The notes under the pieces were generated by a model. That model was not told the origin of the DNA. It searched no databases and was given only the letters and a program-made list of their open reading frames with translations. Positions 11,993 through 26,051 of a DNA stretch of 64,000 bases are shown one piece after another. The DNA is from Tricharina praecox. Taxonomy: Eukaryota. The stretch spans positions 744,001 through 808,000 of the forward strand of contig NW_026250411.1 in the NCBI RefSeq assembly GCF_024521635.1, written 5' to 3'. Each line of letters opens with the position of its first letter. Position 1 is the stretch's first letter. The position numbers and the translations under genes are program-made.

Positions 11993-14900
11993 CTACCTGG
12001 CGATACCTCTTTGCTTCTCGAGCGACGCGGCAAGCGCCTTCGCGACGGGATTGCTCTCCGTCGGCGATCTGGGCGCCGCCTCGACTGCCGGGGGAGCAGG
12101 AGTGCTAGTCCGCGTAGCCGGTTGGCTGCGGTTGTGGGCCATGTGCGACTTCACCAGGTGGCCGGCGGCCAGGGCAGAGTTGAGAGAGAGCTCACCGGCC
12201 AGAACGGCGGCGGCAACGATTCGTGCTAGTCTTCGCGCGTTGTCACCGGGGTTGGTTTGGTGTGCGCCGCGGACGCCGAGCATGTCGAGCATTGCGCCTT
12301 GGGGCTCGAGAATGGTGCCACCACCGATGGTACCAACTTCGATCGAAGGCATAGAGACGGAGATGTTGAGATGGCCTTCGCGGGTCCTGGTGGGGGGTTA
12401 GTACGTTGGGATATCATGTGGAGAGGCGAGGAGGCTTACTTGTTCATGACGGTGATACAGTTGGAAGACTCTACGTTCTGAGCAGGATCCTGACCGGTAG
12501 CGAGGAAGATGGCGGTGACAATGTTCGCAGCGTGGGCATTGAACCCTCCCACACTTCCAGCCATGGCAGATCCAATGTAGTTCTTGGCGGTATTGAGGTG
12601 GATAAGATCGTCGACGCCGCACTTGAGAACACTTCTGCAGATATCGGCGGGAATGACAGCCTCGGCGACAACACTCTTTCCACGTCCATCGATCCAGTTG
12701 ATAGCGGCAGGCTTCTTGTCGGTACAGTAGTTTCCGGAGACCGAGATGATGTCCATGTCCTCGTATCCGCACTCGTTCTGCATGACCGATAGAGCGTGCT
12801 CGACTCCCTTCGAGATCATGTTCATGCCCATTGCATCACCGGTGACGGTCTTGAAGCGGATGTAGAGATAAGTACCAGCGATGGCGACCTTGATGGTCTG
12901 AAGTCTAGCGAAGCGCGAAGTAGAGTCAAAGGCCTTCTTGAGGATCTTCTGGCCCTCCTCGGAATCAATCCAGTTCTTGGCACCACCGGCCCTGCGAACG
13001 CTGGGGAACTGAACGACGGGTCCACGGGTCATACCGTCACCGGTAAGAATGGTGACGGCACCACCGCCAAGATTGATAGCCTTCGCACCACGAGAAGTAC
13101 TAGCGACGAGCACACCTTCAGTTGTAGCCATTGGGAGGTAGAAGTCTTCGCCATCGATGTTCATGGGACCAGCGAGACCGACGGGAAGAGGCATGAAACC
13201 GATAACATTCTCACAGCAAGCGCCAAGCACGCGGGCGTAGTCGTAGTCCTTGTAGGGGAGAAGCGAATGCTCCAGCAGTCCAGTCTTGTCCATGGTAATC
13301 TTGTTGCGCGAGACCATAGCCCGACGAATGGCAACAGCACGGGTGGGGTCGCCAAGAGTCTTCTCCAGGGCATATCCAGGGATCTTTCCACGAACAGCAA
13401 GCTCGACCAACTCGGCATTGTTGAGCTCCTTAGCGCGCTTCTCCTTGACCATTGCCTCGCACTCAGCAACAGTTCGGGATGACTGGGCATCATCATCGGT
13501 CTGATCATCGGCCGACTTCTGAGCCTTTCCACCACAGGTGCAGTTGACAGTGACGATGCGCTCGATAACCTGAGGCTTGGTGCTCTCCTTCGACTCGTCT
13601 TCCATCTCGGGCTCCTTAACGGTGTAGCGGGCAGCATTAAACAGGTATCCGTTGAACGCCAAACTGATGATCAGAGTGACGATGATCCATTTACCCAAAA
13701 CAGGGTCGTTGAGGCTTCTGAGGATACTTTCAATCATTTTGCTGCCAGGCCCTTCGCCGAAGAGATCCGAGGTGTCGTATGCGGACGGGCTTGGGTAGCC
13801 CTGGGTTGATCCGTAAACTTTCGGGATAGACGAGGGGTATGCGCTTGCATACTGGAGCTGGTACAGGATTGGCTGCAAGACGGTAACTACGAGGGCCTCG
13901 TGCGAGTTGGCCAGCAGCTGCTCAAGCGGCTTCCCGGCAACCTGCCACACGTTCATCTCGGGAACCATCGAGTCGCTGCCGGTGGTCAAGACGGTAGAGC
14001 TAGTGGTGTCTCTGTACGGGAGAGTAAACAAGTTAATGATGTTGACAGCGAAGAACCCAGCGACCATCCAGATCTTGAAGCTGCGGATGCTCGAGTCCTT
14101 GACCTTGGCGCCAAAAACGGATGTCGACTCTTCGGTAGCATCCCCGCCATCGGCGCGAGGCCACTCGTTGGACTTTGCAACGCTCTCAGCCACCCTATGG
14201 CTTACGCCATCCTCCTCCAATGCCTTACGGAGGGTGACGTGGCGCTTGATACGGTTGATCTCGAGCTTGACGCTGAGAATGGCAGTGTAGAAGGAGAACA
14301 GAAGGATGCAGTCGAATGCCAAGATCCAGCCTGCAAGGAAGCAGAATTGCCGCAGTCCACCCTGTACACCAGATGCCGCGCCGACAGCGAGGATCGCAAT
14401 TTCGATGACGTAATCCCTGACAATCAGGAACCCGGTCTCTTGGACTGCGGTCGCGACTGCGGTCTGGATTGTGCCGGCGGAGGATTTCTTGCGCTGGTCG
14501 ACATTCGCAGCGAGGACAGCACGGGTCAAGACGATTGGCTTCTCGAAGCCAATGATGACGACAAGGAAAGGCAGTCCCTCGGACAGAAGTACCATGTTGA
14601 TCGGAACACCCAGTTTGTGAGTGACAATGGAGGCGAACAAGAACGCGAAGGTCGAGGAGGTGAGCACAGTCGCGCCGAGCCAGAAGTTGGATCCGAGGCG
14701 ACGCATTTGCAGGAAAAGAGAGATGAACGAGAGGTGCATAGAGATGTACCCAAGGGCCATGATGGCAACATCGAGAGCATCGGCATTCTAGAATAGGAAT
14801 TAGAGGCCATCTTTTTTTTTAAAGACTTCGCGGGTTACGTACCTGAATCATATCCCAGACGTGCCTAACGGCTTCTTCCGCTCGTGCGATGATGCCGATG

Positions 14901-15466
14901 TTGCTTCCCTTGGAACGCCCAGTCTGCATGACCCACTCCTTCTGCTCGCCCTCGTCGGCCGAGCCCGAGTCAACCGTAGGGACAGTCTTAACCATGTTGA
15001 TGAAGCCATTCAATTCCTCGAACGGCACGGAGTAGATCTTGGTAGAGGCATCGGTCGACTGGAGTTCGGTGGCGGACGTAGTAGGAAGTACCGGGTAAGA
15101 AGTAGCCAAAGAATTCGGGAACGACAGTGACACGAGCGCAACATGTTTCGCGCCCGGCACCACTGCTGCCGCATTCTCCCTCCACTCCCACGCGGTCTGT
15201 TCCCCGGTGGCGACCTGAACACTTCCGTCAAGCAGGTCGGCCCTTTTCGAGCCACCGTGTCCCCACAGCGTCGAGCTGCGGTCAAACAAGCTGTGCTCAA
15301 GCATCTGGATGTAGGTTGTGGAGGCCAGTAGAGCGACAATTACTATCGTCTGCACCGGGTGGGTGGTGGCACTCCGCGATAGCCGTGAGAACGCCGGAGT
15401 GAACGGGTCCCATTTTGGCGGCGGTTTCTTCGTCGTGAAGGCCGGTGGTAAGAAAGGTAGATGCAT
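11993..15466 (-). CDS. HMG1: 3-hydroxy-3-methylglutaryl-CoA reductase (HPIH N-domain, sterol-sensing domain, catalytic domain)
   Basis: HPVQTIV N-terminus, [53 protein letters not shown]. Introns at about 14787-14842 and 12386-12439. Confidence 0.97.
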
Positions 15467-17909
15467 TGTGTCGACTGTGTCGTCTCTGAGACCCCGAGGT
15501 CGTCAGGGGGCTGGACTGCGCGTAGTTCTTGTTGCCTCCGGAATGGATGGTGCAAAAGAGTTTCGCAACTGAATGAGGGCAGGAGTGCGAGGAAGCTTTT
15601 TTTTCTGTTTCAGAAAGACACAGAGAAGCTCAGCGGGTCAAATCAACAACTCTGCCATGAGCCGTTATATTAGCAGGGACATCCAAGCGCGTACTGTGTA
15701 CGGGAACTCGTCGGAGCCGAGGATCAGGCACACGACAACAACAACGACAACAACAACAACAACAATAACGAGAATCGTACTCACAGATATGTTTCTTGAC
15801 CGAGCTTGCCCGGATGCAAATTGCTAGATGATATGGAGAGGCGTAGGCGGAGGAGGAGAAGGAGGAGGAGGAGGAGGGGAGGAGAGCAAGGGGCACACAG
15901 AGATTGGGTAGCAACGGACGGAATTCTGAGGGAAAGGAGATAGCGAGTCCTTTAACCTTTTCGGCGAATGGCCGACTTTTTTCGTCGTCTCCTTTTGGAA
16001 AGGTGATCCGCTGCCTTATTCGCTGTCTCCAGGGACCAAGAGTTGGTTCAGTGAACCCTACCGAAGCACCTAGCAAGTGGCTCACAGAGGCGCTAGAGAG
16101 CAAATATGTGAGTTGGGAAGCTCAACAACCGCAGAAAAGGTGAGGAGAGGTATCGTAGGTAGACAGAGAGAAGAGGAGAAGAGCCCCGTACACTCTATGG
16201 AGGGCGGGCAACACCAAAGGCATAACTACATTGCGAATAGATAGATGTGAGGGACGCGGGGCAACGTTCCTCCCAATTACGCGGCACATGTGTACTCTAA
16301 CCATGACAATACGATAATACCCATTCCACCCACCAAAAGTTGACGGTTACAGCTCCGACTTGGCAACACAGATGCACATCGTCAAACCATTGTTCTACAG
16401 ATGTAAGGAGGTTAGCGACGAAAGGGGCAGCGGGTGCGGCGGGGTCGTGGGAAGGAGGGGAACTACCAAACCGTGAATGAATGGAGGGGAGATGGTGGTG
16501 GTGGTGGTGGTGGTGAAGGAGGTGGTGGCAATGGTGGATGCGGAGATGCGGAGGTCTCGGCAGTTGTGGGCGTACAGATACCACGAGCCCACGGACGTGG
16601 AGACATCCCCCGATTCGCAGTTCAAATTCCGCAGGATATGTAGGGTATGATATGTACATCCACAATCGCTCCTATGATGTTCATCGCGGCAGCCAACGCA
16701 GTGCATAGACATAAAACTTGGGCCTCTTTAACCGCCGGCGGGAGATAGATAACTGGACGGCCATCCGGCGACGCACTCAGTCCGCTGGTGGGGTTTGACC
16801 ACGGCGCTGCTGCATCCAGAGTACATACCACATATGCTCCTCTGGGTAGTGGTAGTAGACGAGTGATTGCCCTTGATGGTCGTATCTACATCCACATGGC
16901 GAGCATAAACTGTGTAAACACCGACAACCACGCCCTGCGCCGCACCGGGGCATATAGAGCATATATCGTAGTTAAAGCAAAGTATGAAGTTGCCGAACAG
17001 CCGGAAAACACCATGAATAAGGGAATAAGGACGGTCACAAAATGATGAGCCGAGAAGCATGCAGGAGTGAGGAGTGAGGAGTGCACGGGCCTTCCACAAA
17101 CAAAAAGTGGCCGGAAGAAAAGAGCTTGTTGGTCGAGCTAAATTACGTTAGAGGAACGGTAACGGCTACATATCCGATGATCTGATTTCTCTCCGCGTGC
17201 CGATTCGATCGTCGTCACCAAACACACAGCGTGGCCATCTTCTCGCAGGTGGAGTAAACGTGGGTTCTCTACTCTAGAGAAGGGTATGTAACTGTATCAC
17301 CGCCAGCCATCTCTCTTCAACTGAGATGAGCATCTATATCGCAAAGCCCGAGGGGAATAAAACTGTATCTAGATACATACTGTGTCATCTCACCGCTATT
17401 GATGGAAATCTATCGCCGCCGTCCGTGCCCGCCCCCGCCCCGCGCCGCAGATCAGTTCCACCGTGGCCAGCAGCAAAAAGGACGCGTAGGGAAAGTTTGG
17501 ACGACAACGTCTGTGCCGTGCAATTGCAAAGATTCCTACACACGCTCACCAGTCCTTTACCGAATCTATCATATGAGCACCTACCAGGTAGGTACTCTAC
17601 CTACCTAAGCGCTAGCAGCAGTTCCCTTTCATCGTGATCGGAACATCGTCGTAGTTATACCCTGCCGCGGATTTGGATTTCCGAGCATGAGTATATATCC
17701 AATTCCCGGTACGACTTCACCGGCAAGAAACCGGGCAAACCCGCCGGTATGTACGTCAAGCACTTCATATCCGGTCCGCAAGCTCTCTTTCAGACGTTTC
17801 GGCACACATTCCCCCCTCCCCCGCCATGGGCAAGTTATCCGGCAGCACACAACCCCGCCATCCAGAGCTCCCATTACCTCCACCTCCACCTTCACCTCCC
17901 TCCACCCCT

Positions 17910-18307
17910 CTAAACAACCCCCACATCCTCCGCCGCCCCCTCCCCCGTCCCCTCGTTCTCCGCCGTATTCGCAGCCACCAGCTCCATCCTCACAGCCTCG
18001 CGCTCCTCCCTCTCGCGCTCGATCCTGATGCCGTCCTCGACGGGCCTCAGTGTGTCCTCCATGCGCAGGCCGGTCTGCGCCGCTGCATCGTTCTGTTTGC
18101 GCAGTGTGTCGTGGTGCGCGCGTAGTGAGTCTGTGGCTGTTAGGAGTCGGGAGAGTAGGTTTCGTTAGCGGAGAACGAGGGGAGAACGGAGGGAGAACGG
18201 AGGGAAGAGAGAGAGGGAGAGAGGGAGATGGGGGGAGAGGTATCTTGGCTGTTGAGGGTTTTGTAGAAGAATTCCGTGGGGGTGGTGGTGGGGGTTGACG
18301 TTGACAT
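17910..18307 (-). CDS. Possible small orphan protein with an E/R-rich coiled-coil exon
   Basis: Branch/acceptor ctaac...cag at about 18131 precedes an open exon (SLRAHHDTLRKQNDAAAQTGLRMEDTLRPVEDGIRIEREREERE...VGVV*). Donor and first exon are not clear. Confidence 0.35.
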
Positions 18308-18777
18308 TGCTGTGGCCGTTGTGGGAGCTCGAGAAGGTTGCGGCGCGCGCGCACGTGGTGGTGATCGGGATGGTGCGAGATGGTGTAGGTTTACGCGCCC
18401 ATGGTCATGGCGTTGCTGCTGGCTGCAGGTGACAGTTGTCGAAACGGCCACACCACACCCGTTTTACCGGGTCGATTGCACTTTACCTAGGTATCCGCCG
18501 TCATGAACCACCGGGACTCAGAACAGTATGGGAAAACATGCAATGATACTGACCGATGAACGAAAACCCCCCAACGATTATAATTGAAACTATTGTAGCC
18601 GTATTTAAGGAGAAGGGCAGACCGCATTTACTCAAGAAGAAGAAAGACAGGCCGTATAAAGTAAGCAAAGCAGACATTTGACACCGTGCTCCAAGACAAC
18701 CAAAAACCGCAACAAATACCAGCGCCGATACAATGATTTCCTGGTAGATGAAAGTAAAAAGGCCCATCCATCCACCA

Positions 18778-20198
18778 TCACCGCTTGTCACCGACGTCCA
18801 GCACAAGCCGTCGCTCCACCTCTGTTTCCTTTCCCTCCTCCTCCTCTCCGTCAAACTTGAGGCGGCAAGTTCCATCTCGCTATTCGTGGGTAGACCAGTT
18901 AGACATATGCCAGAGAAACACCACCATGCTGGGTTCGACATACCTTGGTGCCCATCACTTCGGCCCGGTAGAAGGTGGTCGTTTCCGGGTATCGAGCCAG
19001 CACTTGCTTTCCAGGAGGATATGGTGGGAGGTTTGCCGAGTCCCTGGGTATCGGAATCAAGGCGCTAGCGAGAGCCCTGTATTTGGTGCCGTGGCCTCCG
19101 GCCTCATCCGGTTCCGGGTCTTGGACCTCATACCTAGAATGTGGTCAGGCATTGGGAGGCACAGCAGGGCAGCAACCAGGAAGACTTACTTGCGTTTTAT
19201 TCCGTCACCACCCAGAATACCAGTAATTGTACATTGTATCCATTCGTACTCCGCACCCTTTTGTTTTGGTAACCGATACGCAACCTCCGCATGCATCTGA
19301 AATCCATCCATCGGCGCAGCCGAATTGCTCCTCTGGATTTTAGGATTCCGGCTCGAGGGACTATCTGCCGACATTGACTCGTCGTGTTTTCGCTTGATTC
19401 TCTTCTGCTGCGAGACTGTAGCGTCGTAAGCATTGCGTCGGTGTTCCAGAACGACAATACAAACACGGGATTTTCGACGACGGACGAACGACGACGACCA
19501 CGGCAAACAACACAAACTGTTTTTCTTTCGCTGCAGGAAATACGGCAAAACAGGGGCTCTGGGTAGGAGAAAAACGGACCCAGTTGTATGCAGATAGAAA
19601 GGAAAAAGCAGTTAACGCGCGCGGAGATGGCGGGATGTACCTCCTCCTCTGTCACCGCTTTCGGTAGCGGTTCGTAGAGCAATCAGAAGATCATTGATTT
19701 CAATGACATTGCGTAGTGAACTATGGTGGAGGATGGTTAGTCACCGATGGCCCTTGATCAATGGGCTACGCAGATGGTGACGGGGGAGGGGGAGGAGGGA
19801 GGAGGAGGATATCCGTATTAAGGATAGGAAAGATGAACGTACTCGCTTTCGTCGTTCGATAGCTGCATCTGCTCTTCGTACAGCTGCTCCAAGGCGAGCA
19901 TGTCTTTGAGCGTCATCTCTGCGGGTTGCGTCGCATTTAGCACATGCACAACAGCGAAACTGCAAAGCTGAGGGCGCATGCTCAAGCTAGTGCTGAGAAG
20001 AACGGAGTCCTGCTCACCACTCTCGTTGCCCTCGTATTTAGCCTCCAGGGCTACTATCTCGTCGGCAACCTCGTTGATGCGTTTCGACTGACGCGTCCGA
20101 TCTTTCAGATCATTCACGATTTTCGACCACATTTCTCGCTCCTCGTGCGCATCTGCTTCATGGCTCTGCAGAGCTCGAGGTCTATTTCTAGCGGCCAT
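18778..20198 (-). CDS. SGF29: SAGA-associated factor 29 (tandem tudor), multi-exon
   Basis: MAARNRPR N-terminus. Exons encode EVAYRLPKQK...WIQC, YEVQDPEPDE, VLARYPETTTFYRAEV and CRLKFDGEEE.GKETEVERRLVLD. Confidence 0.9.
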
Positions 20199-21388
20199 GT
20201 GATGTGTGGTATTGAAGTGCGTACGGCGCGTGGTCGATGGTTTGCGGCTCTATGCTGGTGCCAGGTGCGGGGCGGGAGGGGGAATGTGACGGAGGAGGAG
20301 GCGAACAAGCAAGCTGCCCGGTAATGGAAGAAACGACGTGCTCGATGTGGTGTTGTAGTCAGTCGGCCGATAACGATTGGAGGGGGTTTTGTGCTGGTGG
20401 TAGTAATATTGAAGGAGTGGTTTGAGCTACCGGTATGTTGTTGGCTGTATTCAAGCGTCTATTCATCTCACGTTCGCGACATGCCAAGCCCGCTAGTTCT
20501 GTAAACTAGATCACTCGAGTATTGCATGAGTCAGCAGATCTCATCTGTGGTCTACTAGCGTGGAATTCGGGGACCAGACCCGATGCGGTGGCCTCAACGT
20601 TGAGATGTTCTCTGTTGCTATGTTCGTCTGGTCGGTCGGTGTCGTTCAACACATCAGACACGAGGCTGCTTTCGTTTCTTGCTTCCTTCCAGTCAATTCA
20701 ATCAGTCTCACCAGTTGCCCGTACCCGTCGGAGGTCTCTCACTAGTAGGTAATGAGTACTCTTCATACATCTCACGGAACTGGATATCCCACCTCACTTC
20801 CCCTCATCGTGAAGAATTATGGATGGCCCCCACATTCGCTCAACTCGGGCTGCTGTCATGCGACGTTATATGCGCACGACTAGCGGAGCTTCTCGCGTGG
20901 GAGAGAATCTCCAACTCCCACCGTCACTCGCCTGAGCTGTCTCCCATGTTACGATCTCGGATCTCATCCGTGTATGCAACCGAAACTCAACTATAAATAC
21001 GCTGGTTTCTCCATCGTGGCATGCCATTGGACAGGCGGTCTTCTTCCCACCGAAGCGAGCCACCGTGCTCTTTGTGGTTCTTCTTCTAAAACCGGGTTGT
21101 TTGCCTACTGCATGCAAGCCGAGCTGAGGCACAATCGTAATAAAAGTCTTGCTATTGTTCTCATCGACCCGCATGTCCAGAAACGGCCCAAGACAACAAC
21201 CCTTCCCGCCCCCCACCCCGGTCCCCCCGCACAGGCGCTCCCAACCATGAGGAAAATTGTCAAACTTCCTATCATAAGCCCTGCTTTCGTATCGCAGGTT
21301 ATCCTGCGTTAGCCGTGATTGATCGCGATTGAATCTGCATAGGCAGCTGCGTGGGCTGAGTGGGAAACGCCGTGGCCATGGTCGCCGA

Positions 21389-21876
21389 ATATGGTTGGGG
21401 ACTCCTAGAGCCGATGGGGTGGGACATTCGTGGAAAAATCGAATTTAATTACAAAACGGGTAATAAATAGCCATTTTTGAGTTTTTTTTAGCAAAAAATG
21501 GCATTTTTACTTCCATTTTTGGCCTATTTAGTCCATATTTTAGCCTAAAAAGGTCCTCAGCTGACCTGACCGGGCTGTCGATGGCCCAGATATACTCACC
21601 GAGGCTTATGTAATACAGAAGATAGCTAGCGGCTACCTGATCCGGAAGTTTCAGGGGTTCTAGCGGGGGAGCGTCCCACCAAAAATGCCTCTTTTCTAAA
21701 TGCTAAGGAAAATCAGCCACGCTTTTTAAAATTAAAAGCTCGTTATTTCATGCTTCTACACACCTCTATCTATCGATTAATAACGAGTTTTTGTTCAAAA
21801 GAAACTTTTTGGTGGAGGAGATTGGTGTCAAAGTTGGGGGTGTTTTTCCATCAGTTATGGGCGTCCCCAACCATAT
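21389..21876. mobile_element. MITE-like non-autonomous DNA transposon with terminal inverted repeats
   Basis: ATATGGTTGGGGAC (21389-21402) and its exact reverse complement (21863-21876). The match extends to about 24 of 29 nt. TA at both ends, AT-rich non-coding interior. Confidence 0.65.
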
Positions 21877-22089
21877 ATCGAACCGCAGGCCCAATCGTCC
21901 TCTGTTCAGGACCGTACATATTGAAGCTCAACTTCCCGAATTATTCACTTCCTTCATCAGAGTTTTTGCCCTTCACTCATCCCGTCTTCCTTCAACATAT
22001 TCGCACCGCTCCCTCGCATACGACTATATCCTTCCTGCATTTTCGGACGTTACCACACCGTACATCTCAAGACAGACCCAGATATCGGT

Positions 22090-23260
22090 ATGTCTACTGA
22101 AGGAGGACCTTTCGTCGATCCGGCGAGTTCAGCTTTCGACCCCCATTCACAGCCCATCACGCTGTTTTACCCCGGTGGCACGAACATCACGATCCCTCTT
22201 ACGGTGTACAACTTCCACAAGATGAAATCCCTGGAATGGAGCATCATGTTCGCGGTTCAGATCGGGGCCTGTGGGATCCTCCTCGTTCTTTTGACCGTTC
22301 TCACCAACGCAAAGAAGAGACGGACTTTCCTTCATGTCTGCAACTTGTTCGCTCTGGTTGCGACGATCGTTCGGGCCTCGCTCTCGCTATGCTATTATCT
22401 CGGTCCCTTCTTCGACACATACACCTTCTTCTCCGGCGATTTTACGAACTTTCCGTACACGCCGCGATATGTCTCCGTGGCATCAACAGTCACCGGATTG
22501 CTGCTGCAGATCGTCATTCACATCTCGCTGATCATCCAAGTGAGAGTGGTTTATACATCCCCCAAGGCGAACCTAATGATCACTCTCTTGGCGACCGCAA
22601 TTGCACTGGTTTCGGTGTCCTTCTTCGCTGTGGTTACGGTTCAAAGCGGGATGGCGACGATATCGTTGACGGCCTACCCTGGAGGATGGACATATACCGC
22701 CGCTAAAGCGATGTTTGCGGCTTCAATCTGCTTCTACTGCCTGATATTCGTCCTGAAGTTGGGTTACGCCATCTACCAACGACGTGTTCTCAAACTTCCG
22801 AGGTTCGGACCTATCCAGATCATCTTCACCATTGGATGCCAGACTATGGTCCTTCCCGGTATGTACTCGATTATTTCTCACCACGAAACAATGAAACAGA
22901 AAGCGGTAGCTGACCTCCCCTCGAACAGCCATCTTCTCGCTCATGGACGCCGTCCTCCCGAATATCGATGGGCTCTCGCAGCTCACACCAGCTCTGGTCG
23001 CCATTCTGCTCCCGCTATCGGGCATGTGGGCCGCAGCACGGGTCGATACTCCGCAATCAAGTCTCGCAACTGGGTGCGGTCCTTACAACGGCATCTTCAG
23101 CGACAACAAGACGGACTACTACGACCATCAAGCTCCCGGCACGAACCTCAGCAATCTCACATATAAAGAAGGTCACGAATCATTCATCAAGGCCGACGAC
23201 AGTACCGATATCGAGAGCTCTCCTAACTCCCGGTGCGAAGGCACCAGCTATCCTCACTAG
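22090..23260 (+). CDS. STE2: Alpha-factor pheromone receptor (fungal class D GPCR)
   Basis: FDPHSQ.ITL, IMFAVQIGAC, KLGYAIYQRRVL...FGPIQI...GCQTMVLP, LVAILLPLSGMWA, seven hydrophobic segments. Intron 22859-22928. Confidence 0.95.
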
Positions 23261-24647
23261 TAGTATCGATTATCCTGGGTGTTCTGCTGTCTCCTGTGCA
23301 TCTATGAGTGTATGATCGCTTGGTGTTTATCTTGTATTGATGGGACTCGGGAGTATTTTTGGGGAGCTGCGGGACGGTTATATCCACGTCTCATTTCTTC
23401 AACAGCATAATGGGGGTTAATTTGTTTGCACATGTTGTTTTTTGGCCTTTTTTCTTTCGTGTTATGTGAGGGGGTGTGTCTGCTCTTTGTACGTGTCCTC
23501 GGGGTTTCATGTGGGCGTTGCTATGTCTATGATACTTTTGGTGGGTCCTCTGGTCGGGTTTTTTTGTGCTGTATTCCATACTCGCCATAGCATCGACACC
23601 ACACTTCTATGTTACTCTCGCGTTTTTTTGTTCACTGTTCCGCGTTTGGAAGGGAGGGAACACCAATTTACCATCGCATACGGCTTGTCTATTTTCACGT
23701 TTGGGATTGGATGAAAGAACGCATGATATTTTATGTTCGAGTGAGCTCTTATGCCTCTTATTCGTCTCTATTATTGATGTCATGAGTGTTCCGAGTACTT
23801 GGGAGTTACCTGCTTCACGCCGAGCGCTCAACGTCTCAAGACTACATAGATGCATTGCGCGAGGCGTTAAGGAGGCTTGCATCCTGCGTGGGGGTCAGAC
23901 AAGCTGCACTTCTGAGATGCTCGCGGCGAGCCACAGAGTCTTCCGAGGCGAATTTCAAAGCTCGACGATATCTTGAGGGCTAGATGTGTTCGAAGCCACG
24001 TTTGAACGGTAGAGATATGTAACGGCGTCTGTAGATCCGTCTGGATTCCGGGCGAGTAGATCACGTTCCGGACTCGAGACCGAGGGTGCTTCCGCCACTG
24101 GAATGTGAGTTTCATCAGTAGACGAGGTGTAGTAGGGTACGAGGTATGTGCCCGGAGTACATGTATCAACCGGTTCGATCCGGTAGTTTTAGAATACCCG
24201 TGATGCGTATGTAACCGCAACTTCGAGACGAGCTTGAAGAATTGAACTTACCGGATTCGACCACAACCGAGGAAATAGACAGACAGACAAATGAAACGCT
24301 CGGAGGAATTCTGCACATGCACAAAGTCCTGGAGTCGGAGAGATTTAGCCGAGTGACTCATAGTGACCAGCCAGTTCTGGATGTACGCCTCTGCAGTGCA
24401 CACTCCATCCGTGGCTTCGTTCCCCACACCACAAACTTTCAAGAAGCCTGTCGCGCACAGTCGGACTAGCGTTCTGGGCACATGACTTTTGAGCCTCTTG
24501 ATTCAAAATTCCCTTCGCACTTTAGGGCTTGGGTCTGTCCTAGAACCATCAATCGCTTGCAGGCAAAGATCACGAACCCCACACCTTATCGCCCCACCAA
24601 AGAATCCACGAATCCACCCTTTTCCACGAACCCTCAAATCAGCAAAC

Positions 24648-26051
24648 ATGCGCCCGATATTATTGCAAGGACATGTACGCCGAAATGCTGCTGCTCAGTT
24701 TTCCGTTGTCTGAGGGAAGAATCAGGACGCTAACTCGAGAGGTGGTGGGATCTATAGGAGCGTAGTTTGACGCAGATCAAGTACGAGCGAAAACCTACCC
24801 CCCGTGTCCACCATGGCAAGTTCTGACAGAAAGCTGTTTTCTTTGCGAGCAGATACAACAAAGATGGTATATAAACGTCCCTCATCGCGATGCACGCTAC
24901 GGATTGGAAGCTGACGATCTACCCCGCCATGTAGGTGACCTTCTGTTCTCTACTGCGAAGGACCACATAGTGTGCGCTTGGTACTCTGGTATGTCGCACT
25001 TACCCACCGATGCTTGGGCTCCCGAGCTTACCGATGTGTCTGTTGCCAGCAAACGGCGAGCGTCTCGGAACATACAAGGGCCACCAGGGAGCGCTGTGGA
25101 CCGTTGATGTCGATGCCACGACCACCCTCCTCGCCACCGGAGCGGCCGACAACACAATTAAGCTGTGGGAGGTACGGACCGGACAGTGCTTGAAGACGTG
25201 GGACTTTCCGACGGCCGTCAAGCGTGTTGAGTTTTCGGATGACGGCACACTGCTGCTGGCTGTAACGGAGATGCGCATGGGACATCTGGGCACCGTTGTT
25301 GTGTTCCCGATCACGGTGGATGTCGAGGCTGAGCAGGCGGACGAGCCCCTCTTCACCATTACATTCCATGACAGCAAGGCTACTGTTGCCGCCTGGAGTT
25401 ATCTCAACAAATTCATCATCACCGGCCACGAGGACGGAACCGTGAGCCAGTACGATGGAAAGACGGGAGAGCTCATCCAGGACACACAGGCCCATGAGCC
25501 CGGCATGCAGATCACCGATATCCAGATGGCTCCCGACAGGACATACTTCCTTACTGCTTCCAAGGACAAGTCGGCCAAGGTACGCCGTGCGGATATGCAA
25601 GTATAGTTGGGGAACGAGGTATGCTGACTCGAATAGCTGATCGAAACCAACACCCTCCGAACCCTCAAGACCTACCAGACCGACACCCCCCTCAACTCGG
25701 CTGCCCTTACCGCGAGAAAGGACTTTGTCATCCTCGGAGGAGGACAGGAGGCCCGTGATGTCACCACCACATCCACCCGACAAGGAAAGTTCGAGGCACG
25801 GTTCTTCCACAAGATCTTTGAAGACGAGGTCGGACGTGTCCGCGGTCACTTCGGACCGTTGAACACTGTGAGTACCGCCGCCGTGGCTGCTGCCGCACGA
25901 ATCGTAGCTGACGGAGAGAATACAGGTTGCCTGCCACCCCATGGGTACCGGATACGCTTCCGGCGGAGAAGACGGTTACGTCCGCGTGCACCACTTCGAC
26001 AAGGCCTACTTTGATTTCAAGTACGAGGTGGAGAAGATGGCGAAGGTGTAA
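24648..26051 (+). CDS. TIF34: Translation initiation factor eIF3 subunit I (WD40)
   Basis: Spliced N-terminus [31 protein letters not shown]. Also [48 protein letters not shown]. Confidence 0.95.

Noticed and set aside
11993..15466. Statin or terpene biosynthetic cluster with HMG-CoA reductase as a resistance gene
   Set aside because: Neighbours are housekeeping genes. No PKS, terpene synthase, P450 or transporter is seen.
22090..23260. Mating-type locus around STE2
   Set aside because: No alpha-box or HMG-box MAT genes, APN2 or SLA2 recognisable in the window.
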